Source of the DNA: Nitrososphaerales archaeon
GTDB lineage: Archaea > Thermoproteota > Nitrososphaeria > Nitrososphaerales > UBA213
Assembly: GCA_965197925.1 (NCBI GenBank)
Contig: CBDAOC010000015.1
Location: 33,839-97,838, forward strand
Length of the DNA stretch: 64,000 bases
Direction: 5' to 3'
The position numbers and the translations under genes are program-made. Numbering within the stretch: position 1 is the first letter of the stretch; each line of letters starts with the position of its first letter. Positions 54,101-64,000 of this stretch are shown here, in pieces. The notes beneath the pieces were generated by a model, which was given only the letters and a program-made list of their open reading frames with translations, was not told the DNA's origin and made no database searches.

Positions 54101-55859
54101 TAAGCGGGTGACGCGGCAGAACCAGTCATGCATCGATGTAATAATGGGAAATCCGCCATACTCGGCAGGACAGCAAAACGCCAATGATGACAATCCCAAC
54201 GTGAAGCATTCTTACGTCGACAAACTGATACGTGACACATACGCTCAGGAGGTAAGACGGCTTGGCCATACCGGAAATGTGAATTCTCTATACGATTCAT
54301 ATATCCGCTCGCTCCGGTGGGCATCCAATCGCATCGGCGAGCACGGGGTAATAGGGTTTGTCACCAACGGCAGTTTTATCAGGTCGGATGCAACAGCCGG
54401 CATCAGGTACCATCTGCATGAAGAGTTTACGGACGTATGGTGCTTTGACCTGAGGGGTAATCAAAGAACAATGGGAGAGATATCCCGCAAGGAGGGCGGA
54501 AAAATATTTGGTTCCGGTTCACGCGCCCCGGTCACAATCATTATCCTGGTCAGGAATCCAGCTAGAACAACGCATCACATACACTACAAGGACATTGGCA
54601 ACTATCACAACCGCGAAAAGAAACTGGATATCATAAGGAATACAGGCTCCATTAACGGTATTGAAGACTGGCAGGCAATCACGCCGGACAAACATCATAA
54701 CTGGCTGGACCAGCCCGGTGAGGCAGGCAGTCAGTTTGAGAAATATATCCCAATCGGCGATAGCGATACAAAAGGGAACAAAGCCGAGACCGGAATATTC
54801 AGGATGTATTCACTTGGTCTAGCATCAAATAGGGATGCCTGGGTCTACAACTCATCCATTACGGAACTCGAAAAAAATGTCAAGCGCCATATAGGCTATT
54901 GTAACACACAGCATCCTGATAATTTTATAATCGATCCCAAACAAGCAAAGACTTCTAGTTCATTGATTGGACGACTAAAAAGAGTACGGAAAATCAGTTT
55001 TAACAGGCGGCATATACGCACGGCATTATACAGGCCGTTATTCAAACAACAACTGTACTATGATGATGTCCACATTCATAGGCGAGGTAGGACGCACCTG
55101 TTCTTCCCCAATGGCGGCTCTGAGAACCTGGTGATTATAGTGCCATACAAATTCATTGGCAGATCCTCCACATTCATAACAGATGTGACGCCGGATTCAG
55201 AGGTAATCCATCACGGGCAGTGTTTCCCACTTTACACATATGACAAAGACGGCCGCAGGCATGACAACATAACAGACCATACGGTACGGATATTCCGCAA
55301 ATACTACAAGGATGATTCCATAGGCCGCAAGGACATATTCTACTATGTGTATGGGCTGTTGCACCATCCCGGCTATATCACAAAGTATCAGAACAGCCTG
55401 GCACGCATGCTTCCACGCATTCCAATGGCCCCAGATTTTTATACATTCTCCAAGGCCGGGAAGGATCTGGCAGACCTGCATCTCAACTATGAGAGCTGTC
55501 CACGATACGATCTTGGCGAACCCAAAAACCAGATAAAGAACTTTGCAAAGATGTCATTTGGCAAAGACAGGACAACGATACGCATAAACGGTTCTGACAT
55601 GTTTGACAATATTCCAAAGGTCGCATATCGTGTAAACGGAAGAACGCCATTGGAGTGGGTAGTTGATAGATACAGATTCACGACAGACAGGGACAGTGGC
55701 ATTACAAATAATCCGTGTGAGGGGGCTGACCCGATAGCACTCATAGAGAGGGCGGTCCATGCGGGCGTGGAATCAGACAAAATCATAAACGAACTGTCAG
55801 GGAAGGAGTTCGAGTCAGATGACTGGGAACCCCTAAAAACCGGCCTTGACGCATACTAG
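51199..55859 (+). CDS. Type ISP restriction-modification enzyme (Mrr-like nuclease, DEAH helicase, N6-MTase, TRD), split by a 1-nt frameshift
   Basis: DEGID...QCKCY, MACGTGKT, DEAHR, EGIDVPALD, VQAVGR, DPFAGTGTF and GNPPY motifs. ORFs 51199-52680 and 52674-55859 join at the G5 run (52670-52674). Confidence 0.9.
52591..52626 (+). repeat. In-frame 12-bp tandem repeat x3, encoding (GGPD)3
   Basis: ggcgggcctgac repeated three times. Confidence 0.95.
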
Positions 55860-56195
55860 ATACCATGCCATTGCACCTTGGGATCTCACTGATTTTTCAG
55901 GACCGCTACATTAGATGGTTGTGGCGTTATGCCAGGATGATATCGTTAACCGTGGTTTTATTACAGAAATTAGAAAGGTCAGACGCACCTTCAATTAGGG
56001 CATAGGTATTGCTGATTTTTTGCTGCGCAGGTCTGCTGCAACCCGTGCTTGCACCACTTATTTTGATTATCAACAGAAACACAATGATTTTTGTAAATCA
56101 TTATCGTCTCCCGATCTCATTTTGTGGGATTTCAATAACATAATAGATATGTTTTGATGGATTTACTCTCAATCCATAATGGATGAATACGTCCT

Positions 56196-57170
56196 TTGAT
56201 TTTCGCAAGTACAAACTCGGTGGCGGTTTTCTTGAGTTCAAATGAGGAGGAACGAGATAAGTCATTTGATTTCAGAAATGCATTAAAGGGTAAAATAATG
56301 CAATTTGATATTCCAATCCAAATTTTACGTGAAACTACATGTGAACATATGTTAAATTATGGTTCTATTTCAAGACCTGTGATGCAGGATCCATGTGCCT
56401 TTGCATGGAACACAAGTACTGCATTATTTTACAAAGCAAGTGGAAAACCTTGGAGACTTGCTAAACTTCCGCAGGATACATGTTATGTAGGCGTATCGTT
56501 TTTCAGAGACAAACTACATCTTACCAAAGACGTTCAAATCTCTATGGCTCAAATTTTTACTCATACGGGTGAAGGTTTAGTTTTACGAGGAAAAGAAGTA
56601 GATATTGATGAGCATACCAAACAACCATATCTAAAAAAAGAACAAGCAAAAGATCTTCTTTCTCGCGCAATTAACAAGTATAAAGAAAAAGTCAATCAAA
56701 ATCCTGGTAGAGTTGTAATCCATAAAACTACGGAATTTCTGTCAGATGAAAAACTTGGATTTAACGAAGCTATTCTGGAAAATGAAACTTGTCATAAAGA
56801 CTTTGTAACGATCAAGAGTGATCATGGTGGAATAAATTTTATGAGGGTAGGAAAGTTTCCTCCCCTAAGAGGAACAATAATTCACCTAGGTGATGACCGA
56901 TTTCTATTGTATTCATCTGGATACACACCACGAATTCGAACCTACCCAGGTCATAGTATTCTTAATCCGCTAAAAATCCATCATGAAGGAGACTCCACTG
57001 CCCAAGAAATTGCAAGAGAAATTCTAGGTTTAACAAAATTGAATTGGAATACAACTTCATTTGCTACCTCTTTACCTATTACAATAAAATTTGCAAGCGA
57101 GGTGGGGAAAATCCTCTCAGAATTATCTGACAATAAAATAAAGAAAGATCATTATCGGTTTTTCATGTAG
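56196..57170 (+). CDS. ago: Short prokaryotic Argonaute (partial MID plus PIWI), N-terminally truncated, catalytically inactive type
   Basis: LK...IPIQIL, AWN...LFYKA.GKPWRL, CYVGVSF, RVVIHKT, PPLRGT, LTKLNWN, LPITI and C-terminal YRFFM motifs. Confidence 0.88.
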   Translation: MIFASTNSVAVFLSSNEEERDKSFDFRNALKGKIMQFDIPIQILRETTCEHMLNYGSISRPVMQDPCAFAWNTSTALFYKASGKPWRLAKLPQDTCYVGVSFFRDKLHLTKDVQISMAQIFTHTGEGLVLRGKEVDIDEHTKQPYLKKEQAKDLLSRAINKYKEKVNQNPGRVVIHKTTEFLSDEKLGFNEAILENETCHKDFVTIKSDHGGINFMRVGKFPPLRGTIIHLGDDRFLLYSSGYTPRIRTYPGHSILNPLKIHHEGDSTAQEIAREILGLTKLNWNTTSFATSLPITIKFASEVGKILSELSDNKIKKDHYRFFM

Positions 57171-57405
57171 GTTTTTGAAAACTCCTTAATTTATGGTCTG
57201 TTGAGAACCAAATCATTATCGGTTTTTAGATCCAAACCTTATTCATTGCTTTGAACATACATTCTTATTATTACACATACCTCCATACCAAGGGAGTTAT
57301 TTTTGAGAAATGGCCAAAATTGGGAAAATGACAATTCCGGTTTTTCAGGAATAGTACATCCGGACACGTGATAAAATTATTAACCATGTAATGGTATTCA
57401 TTTGA

Positions 57406-59748
57406 ATGATAGATAAAATAAGCTTAAAGCCAGACTGGGATTACCAGCCAAAATTGGGAAATAGCAGGGGCCATCACATAACAAGAGAAGACGAACATCG
57501 CATCTTGACTGATTTTCTGACTAGACGAGATGAAGGTTCCCTGCTTGTATGTGGACATAGAGGCGTGGGCAAGACAAGCTCAATAATTGCCGCAATCAAT
57601 GATGCGACAATCAATGATACGACAAAAGATAAGCCATTGATTGCTGTTTTGATGAAGGCTACATCAATTAATTTTAAGAAAGATGACGTGAAGAACATGC
57701 AGAAATCCTTGCTTCAAGGACTGATCCGGTTTTTATACAAGACTGTAAAAGATGATGACAAAATTGCAGGCGATCTAAAAAACAAGACGGAGGAATTATA
57801 TGATAAATCACTTGCTTCAGAGGCACATGACGAAAGACATTCAGGCAAAAGCAAAACAACGGAAAAAACTTTCATAGCTCGTTTTAACTTTGGTCTAGCT
57901 GCTTTAGTAGCTGTTTTAGGTTCTATTTTTTCTTTAAATTTTATTTTTGATTTTTTTGATTTAAAGCTTGAACTTATGCAACATTTATGGATACTTTCAT
58001 CTGTTGCTGTTATTAGCGGGATTCTTACAATGTATAATTCTCGTAAAGTCATTACAACATTCTTCAGTTCTACATCCTCTTACTATCGACATGATTATGA
58101 TTTTTCTGATTTACAGTCAGAGTTTGAAGATCTGACGGAAGAGTATTCCAAAAAATCCAGAATATTGTTTGTCCTAGACGAGTTTGATAAGTTTGATAAA
58201 ACAGAGGAATTTGATGATGCGATTGATGCAATTCTTCATATGAAGATGTTGATCAATCAAGGCAATGCATTGTTTATTTTTATTACAGATCCAGAATACC
58301 TGGATAAGATAAGAGAAAAACGCAGTAAAGAATACACGTTATTTTCCCAGATTTTGTTTTTAAAACGACCATTATTTAGAGAGATGGAAGCATTCATAGA
58401 TGATATATTCTCTATAAATGACGAAATAAAAAATGATGAAAGCTATAAAAATTTTAGAAATTATCTGTGTTACAAATCTTGTACGGACTTTTTTGAGATC
58501 TACAGAGTCATACGTGATCACATAAGCGGAAAAGATCCCAACGGTAGTCCGTCAATAAAAGTTTCTCTTGATGACGCTCAACTAACAAAAGCCAATCTTC
58601 AAAAGTCAATAGACTGGGTTTATGAAAGAAAAAAATACGGCAACCAGTCAAAGCAACAGATCAATGACGAAATGATTGATGCGCTCTATGAATTTGTTGA
58701 AACAGTAGAAGACTATCCCAAACTTGGGAAGGTTACTGCTGATAAAAGCAAGATCAGTCTTTCTGAGCAGGGTGTAGAATACAAAGTTGAAGAATACAAA
58801 GAACGCTACAAGATGTCTGCTGTAATGGACCTGTTCTTGTTGCTTGAAAAACAGGGGTATTTTAAACATAGTACTGGGAATCAATACGACGTAATTGGAA
58901 GACTATCTAAATTTGATGCTAAAGGTATTTTTGTCGAGGAGCAAAGAGTGTTCAAGGAAGCTTATGATGAGTTTAAAGAAAACTTGGTTAATTTTGCCAA
59001 TATTCAAAGCCAATGGATTGAAGAACTTGGGATGCCGTTTACCATTGATACCTTTGAATCAAAGCAGGAAACAGTAATGCAAAGAGTAGGCTCCATTTTT
59101 AATCCTAGTCCGCACTACGATGCTAAAACATATTATGATCAGTTACAAAGCTCTGATTCACCACTTATTGCAACTGAAACGCTACAACAGCAAACCATGT
59201 CCATTAGACCCACCTTGGATTTGTTAAATAAACACTATATGGATTTGCTGGCACGTATACTTGAAAAACAACTTGATGCACCATGTATAATTTTGCCTGA
59301 TACATCTACAGACTTTTTTACCCGTATAGGAATGCAGGATCAAAATGTTCCCAACGCTGTCTTGGAGCTACAAAAAAAGAGTAAAGGCATAAAAAACATA
59401 GTTATTGCATATTCCCCGCAAGTAGATTTCCTCAAAAGTGTTAAAGAAAAGAGAATTCCATACAATAACATGATAATTTGTTTGGGGGGCCGCGACAGAT
59501 TCTCTGATTATGGGAAAAATTCCTTCATTATAGATGATGCAGGGGTTCTAGAAAAGGAGATTGACGGATTTTTTAATTCCAAGAATACAGGTCAGTCTGG
59601 TTCTGGCTCCATACCTGGAAAAGATCCTGAATTGAAAGTTGGCAAACACAAGACGTTTTTCTTTGCAACAAGTCTTCCATTGGATCTTGGCGTAATAAAA
59701 AAATTGTTGGATATAATAAGGAAATACAGAACAGCTAACCAGCTATAA
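57406..59748 (+). CDS. KAP-like P-loop NTPase with two transmembrane helices
   Basis: Walker A GHRGVGKT, two hydrophobic helices inserted before Walker B ILFVLDEFDK, and a long C-terminal region of unknown function. Confidence 0.75.
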   Translation: MIDKISLKPDWDYQPKLGNSRGHHITREDEHRILTDFLTRRDEGSLLVCGHRGVGKTSSIIAAINDATINDTTKDKPLIAVLMKATSINFKKDDVKNMQKSLLQGLIRFLYKTVKDDDKIAGDLKNKTEELYDKSLASEAHDERHSGKSKTTEKTFIARFNFGLAALVAVLGSIFSLNFIFDFFDLKLELMQHLWILSSVAVISGILTMYNSRKVITTFFSSTSSYYRHDYDFSDLQSEFEDLTEEYSKKSRILFVLDEFDKFDKTEEFDDAIDAILHMKMLINQGNALFIFITDPEYLDKIREKRSKEYTLFSQILFLKRPLFREMEAFIDDIFSINDEIKNDESYKNFRNYLCYKSCTDFFEIYRVIRDHISGKDPNGSPSIKVSLDDAQLTKANLQKSIDWVYERKKYGNQSKQQINDEMIDALYEFVETVEDYPKLGKVTADKSKISLSEQGVEYKVEEYKERYKMSAVMDLFLLLEKQGYFKHSTGNQYDVIGRLSKFDAKGIFVEEQRVFKEAYDEFKENLVNFANIQSQWIEELGMPFTIDTFESKQETVMQRVGSIFNPSPHYDAKTYYDQLQSSDSPLIATETLQQQTMSIRPTLDLLNKHYMDLLARILEKQLDAPCIILPDTSTDFFTRIGMQDQNVPNAVLELQKKSKGIKNIVIAYSPQVDFLKSVKEKRIPYNNMIICLGGRDRFSDYGKNSFIIDDAGVLEKEIDGFFNSKNTGQSGSGSIPGKDPELKVGKHKTFFFATSLPLDLGVIKKLLDIIRKYRTANQL

Positions 59749-59808
59749 ATCCGTGTAGCATTATTTTCTAATACGTTACTGGTCATTGGTAACAATATGC
59801 CAAATGGG

Positions 59809-60012
59809 TCAAGAATCAAGCGGTGTACGGCATCTAGAACAGAACCTTGACCACTTTTGAATCCCTTGTCGACAGTATGGACACTGTGATACTGCCAGGC
59901 GTTGCCCTTGTCGCAATTTACCAAGAAGAGACAGGGCTATCGCTCCCAATCCTAATGCTATAAGATCCTCGAGCCAGTCGTCATCACTCGCTCTTCTTCG
60001 CTTTCTTGCCAC
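59809..60012 (-). CDS. Small protein with hydrophobic helix and Zn ribbon
   Basis: LIALGLGAIALSLL; CPYC...CSRC. Confidence 0.65.
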   Translation of the reverse strand: MARKRRRASDDDWLEDLIALGLGAIALSLLGKLRQGQRLAVSQCPYCRQGIQKWSRFCSRCRTPLDS

Positions 60013-60181
60013 GTTTCTTCTTCCCCAATTTTTCTTGATATCCTAACGCCACGACCCGCATATGTTCCTGCACAATCCTTTGCAAGGCGTCACACCTGCT
60101 AGATTTCCCCAGCCTTGCGTAATCAGCAACATACTGCCACAATACGGGATCGAAGGAATTGCATCTTACTACTACACCCAT
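59984..60181 (-). CDS. RHH-like small DNA-binding protein
   Basis: SFDPVLWQYVADYARLGKSSRCDALQRIVQEH. Confidence 0.55.
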   Translation of the reverse strand: MGVVVRCNSFDPVLWQYVADYARLGKSSRCDALQRIVQEHMRVVALGYQEKLGKKKRGKKAKKSE

Positions 60182-60297
60182 CCTAATGAAGTCCAGTCCT
60201 TAGATATATAAGTGCATAAACTACACTTTATGCATATAATTACTGATATGCATATCCGTAGCAATGATTTATATGCACGGTTCTCCATAAGATAGTC

Positions 60298-60592
60298 ATG
60301 TCATATATCAGCCGCCGGGATGTGGAAGGAAGAGGATGGATTAGTAGCATGGGAACACCGCTTGACAAGGAACATTTCAGGGAACCTTCCCCCGGCACAC
60401 GCCATGCCATCTTCGAACCTGGGGCGGAATACGGGGTGATGCATCATGATGCACACAACCCCCATTGCAGGGCCTGGTGATCTAGTGAAACACCTGTGGG
60501 ACTGGAACCTGCTTGCTACGTTAGTCGGAGCCGTGGCTGTGCTTGACCTACTGTTCAACAAAGGAAAGTATGCACGCCGATTTTTCAGGTAA
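60298..60592 (+). pseudogene. Small hypothetical membrane-anchored protein, frameshifted near 60467
   Basis: ...HHDAHNPH continues in another frame as PGDLVKHLWDWNLLATLVGAVAVLDLLF... Confidence 0.45.
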
Positions 60593-60598
60593 ATAGTT

Positions 60599-60642
60599 GA
60601 GGCATGGGCATAATTCCATGACAAAAATAACTTGACGCATCT
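60599..60642 (-). mobile_element. Solo right end of IS family A, inverted
   Basis: gaggcatgggcataattccatgacaaaaataacttga matches the reverse complement of the copy 2/3 right end. Confidence 0.85.
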
Positions 60643-60882
60643 ATAGATATGTATGTAGAAGATAAACAAGATAGAGAATTTTTGATTCAGGCAATCCAGC
60701 AATATAAGCTCTGCCAGTGGGTACTCAATTATATTATAAGGCTCTGATTCAATCACTTGGTCAGATTAAATTGCTAAAGTTCATCAATGAACTTACGTGA
60801 TTCATTCATTATTTTTATTCCTTATATAATGGCTGTCAGATTTGTCAAAATTTTAAAATGGCTAGTTTACGTTTTCGTATAT

Positions 60883-61877
60883 TCTAGATCCGTTCTCTCT
60901 AGCTAAATTTGTGAGAAAATCAAAGAAAAAGAGCATGCCGACCATATGGCATATACCAGACAATCTATGGGAAGAGTTCAAACTAGTGTTGCCACCAGAG
61001 AAACCAGCAAGAACAGTTGGAAGGCCAGCTGTGCCATTTAGAAAAGTATTGAATGGAATACTGTATGTATTAAGAACTGGATGCCAGTGGAAGAAGGTAT
61101 CTAAAGAATTTGGTTCTGGCTCAACTTGCCATGCAAGATTTCAGGAATGGATTGGGATAGGAGTATTCAAGAAGGTATGGAAGAGGCTGCTGGAAATATA
61201 TGATGAATTGAAGAGTATAGGATGGGACTGGCAATCCATGGATAGCGTACCGAAGGCCCCATTAGGGGGAAAACGACCGGAGCAAACCCAACGGATAGAG
61301 GCAAGCTAGGTACCAAACGTCACATGCTGGTTGATAGAAGAGGTATTCCTCTCTCATCTGTAATTACTGAAGCAAATAAACACTATATGAAATCAGCCTT
61401 TCCTACAATAGATGGCATTGTTGTTGATAGGCCCAAAGTTAAACAGAACATATGCATGAATAGGATATGATATGATTTCCCTGAGATAGAGTATGGAGTT
61501 AGGAAGGGGATATGTGGATCACATTCGTCATAAGGGTGAAGTGTTGAAAAAGAATTTATACAAAGCAAAGAGATGGGTTGTAGAAAGAACCGCATCTTGG
61601 CATAACAGGTTCAGAAAGTTATTGGTAAGGTTCGAGAAGAGAGAGGAAAATTATCAGGCGCCAGTAGAATTTGCTAACTGTCTAATAATATACAGAGCGA
61701 TATATTGGTAGTGTCATAAACACGTTAATGCAACTGTTTCTAGTATCTACTATCTACAATACTAATAAAATCAATAGTAAGAAAACTAAACCTGACAGTA
61801 TGAACTAATATTCTTGCATTCTAAATGTTATCATTTCTACCAATCGTTAACTATCAGCTAGAATTTTAGGATAGGCT
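60883..61877 (+). mobile_element. IS5-family element B, copy 2; left TIR missing or diverged
   Basis: Near-identical to 11787-12780; right TIR aattttaggataggct. Confidence 0.9.
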
Positions 61878-62583
61878 TAGTCTCTTTTGCTACCAGAACA
61901 GATGAAGCGGCTATTATAATGTAATATACTATAGCTATTTCATTCAATGTTTGGATGATGGATTTAAAATTAATAAAGATACACTGTAAAGAGAGGGAAA
62001 TTTGGAGAATAGAGAATAATTTCACATGGCATCTTATATTCCGGGTGAAGGAGAATCACGCTATTTTTAAGTGTGATTAAATAGTAACAAACAAAACAGA
62101 ATTCATTGAAAAATAAAAATCTGTTCAGTTATTCCTTCTTAACACTAACCGATGATGTTCCACATTATGTTTTTGAAGGGGTTGAGTATGCCTAATAATC
62201 ATAATTGAAAGAAAGAGCTAATGTTATCGAACGGTTATTAGCAACGATATCATACTATCACAAAAAATATTGTCGTAAAATATGTTATGACTTAAATGGT
62301 TTAATTTATTATAGTTGATATTATAGTTAGTATAATACTTAGTTTGTCATACATTCAAGGTTGGTAATCGGCCTTGAGAAAAAAATTCATGGAAATACCT
62401 GGGCTAAACAAATCAAGGAACAGCAATAGACGGATTGTCCCTCATCAATAAATAAGGATTAGTAAATGGAATTCTTTGAAAGACAGACATAGAGGATCGG
62501 TTTGATGGAAAAAGTCAAGGCATCACATATCATAGATAAGATATCAAAAGAAATTAATAATTCAATATATCAAATTCCACAAA

Positions 62584-63063
62584 CTAAAATAACCCTTTAG
62601 ATTTTGAATTAAATTCCATGATAATTGACATACCATCCCGCAAAACTGTACCAAGGTATTTCTCTTGTTCAATACCATTAACATAAACTTTGGCATCATA
62701 CTCCTGTATGTTGAAATTCCAATACCATAGGAAATGACCTAACCTGAATTCATACGACCTATCGAACGCAATATGTATCAGACCACTATTGTCGTGCGTG
62801 TGTATGGGTCTCAAACAATCATCATTAATGCCTATATCTGCTGGGACTTCTACTGGTTGTCTATCAATGTTGACGAAAACAGTCACATATGCTTGGTAAG
62901 GAAGATTGTCAGAGTCAATACATTGATACAATGGATCTTGACCCCTTGTATACTGTGTTACAAGGTTTGTTACTATACCTGCTGAAACAGCTAATACTGC
63001 AATAAATATCATGGATCGGAGTACTTTCTTCTTCTTATCAGCATCAAGATCCCTGCTCAACAT
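62584..63063 (-). CDS. Membrane-anchored protein with HTHD..G..H motif
   Basis: N-terminal TM helix; VPADIGI...CLRPIHTHDNSGLIHI. Confidence 0.75.
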   Translation of the reverse strand: MLSRDLDADKKKKVLRSMIFIAVLAVSAGIVTNLVTQYTRGQDPLYQCIDSDNLPYQAYVTVFVNIDRQPVEVPADIGINDDCLRPIHTHDNSGLIHIAFDRSYEFRLGHFLWYWNFNIQEYDAKVYVNGIEQEKYLGTVLRDGMSIIMEFNSKSKGLF

Positions 63064-63199
63064 ACCTGATTGGAAAATTTGGTTAAAGAATCTTTCATAT
63101 AAGTAGCAGGGAGGAAAATTGTTGTTATGGCGCTCGTCCGAACGCTCTTACAACTCTCCCTGCCCTGATTGACGCATGCAGGAATGCTGGATTTCGGCT

Positions 63200-63517
63200 T
63201 GGTTGCAAAATCACTGCTGTCAACTACAGCTATCTTCATCTTCAATTGACCAGTACTGGATGTATACAGTACTACCGCATCCATTAATCACCTCCAGATT
63301 CCTTTCTTTTCCCAATTTTTCACCCTTATCTTGCTGTATAATCATCACCATACTTCTTTGGCATACAATTCCATCTATCGACATCCTATTGTGAATTCAT
63401 ACATTATACCACTGATTGTCATCCTCCCATTCGCTCTATGCCTACCTGTACTTTCTTTTGTAGGTAACACTGATTATATGAATTCCCACCGTTCATCATT
63501 TATTCACTGAATTTCAT
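63200..63517 (-). mobile_element. Highly eroded IS5-family element C remnant
   Basis: MKFSE...TGR...SGIMY...GCR...MPKKYGDD...WEKKGIW...VVDSS, read across frameshifts. Confidence 0.65.
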
Positions 63518-63743
63518 ACAAAAATAGTAGTGATGGTAAATAGATCGAATCTCCTCAGAAATTTCACTAGCTAAAGAATTTTGAGAGAGCTTCATGACGA
63601 TAAGGTCTTAGAAGCATTAAAGCAAAAGCCGGGATGCTAATCAACACTAATCAACGATTTCTTGATGAAGAATTAGCCTCGATCCTAAATTAATTGAATT
63701 TGTTAGATGACCTATGACCTAGCTCCGTCCATTTTATCCCATC

Positions 63744-63882
63744 TGTCTTGTTGCATAACTATGAAATCCATTACTGAATAACGAAATTATTCTGTTATTG
63801 TGGTATGAAATTCTGAATTGCATTTCCATTATTTAACCATAAGACAAAAAATTACAGAATCTTTGAGTTATGCAACAAAGTG
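63744..63882 (+). mobile_element. MITE copy 3 (139 bp) with 8-bp TSD
   Basis: TIRs tgtcttgttgcataac / gttatgcaacaaagtg; atcccatc duplicated at 63736-63743 and 63883-63890. Confidence 0.92.
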
Positions 63883-64000
63883 ATCCCATCAATATACTTA
63901 TATCCTTCCGAAAAGTGCTTACTATTATGTGGTTCACAGCATATTTAGCAATGGCCTTCTGCTCGATATTGATCTTTTCTGGCGCCCTTGCAAATACGTA

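Larger units (their letters stand above)
30850..60645. mobile_element. Accessory/defence island, probably a decayed integrated element; boundaries approximate
   Basis: No housekeeping genes. Contains a Rep-like gene, RHH genes, defence genes, many IS scars and heterogeneous GC. No att site or integrase was identified. Confidence 0.7.

Noticed and set aside
47925..55859. OLD nuclease plus helicase as a Gabija system
   Set aside because: The helicase is the SF2 DEAH domain of a Type ISP enzyme, not UvrD, and the two genes are separated by IS and ABC remnants.
57312..57461. gccaaaattgggaaa repeated upstream of and inside the NTPase gene
   Set aside because: Two copies only, one of them coding, with no supporting structure.

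Overview
Genomic DNA from an ammonia-oxidiser-type thaumarchaeon (Nitrososphaerota), mostly AT-rich. The assignment rests on the acetyl/propionyl-CoA carboxylase operon, the purU-creatininase-Sm-L37e-rpiA cluster, RFC large subunit and conserved thaumarchaeal hypotheticals. Positions ~1-30.8 kb are core/housekeeping DNA interrupted by broken IS copies. Positions ~30.9-60.6 kb are an accessory island. Its left end is plasmid/virus-like: a putative Rep, RHH regulators and an HATPase+STAS pair. Its middle is a dense, partly decayed defence cluster: DUF488 module, HJR-like nuclease, HD dNTPase pseudogene, two KAP-type NTPases, hsdM remnant, OLD nuclease, a GC-rich Type ISP R-M gene split at a G5 tract, and an N-terminally truncated short prokaryotic Argonaute. 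Its right end carries small RHH/Zn-ribbon genes. A 138-139 bp MITE occurs three times. The best candidates for new biology are (i) a CarH-like B12 sensor whose N-terminus resembles an IS1634 transposase N-terminus, (ii) a membrane protein with two AmoC/PmoC-like D-x3-H-x12-H motifs, (iii) the short pAgo/membrane NTPase locus and (iv) the Rep-like element with a partner-switch module. I found no tRNA, rRNA, CRISPR array or integrase. All family calls come from motif recognition by eye; no database searches were run. Several frameshifts sit in homopolymers and could be assembly errors.
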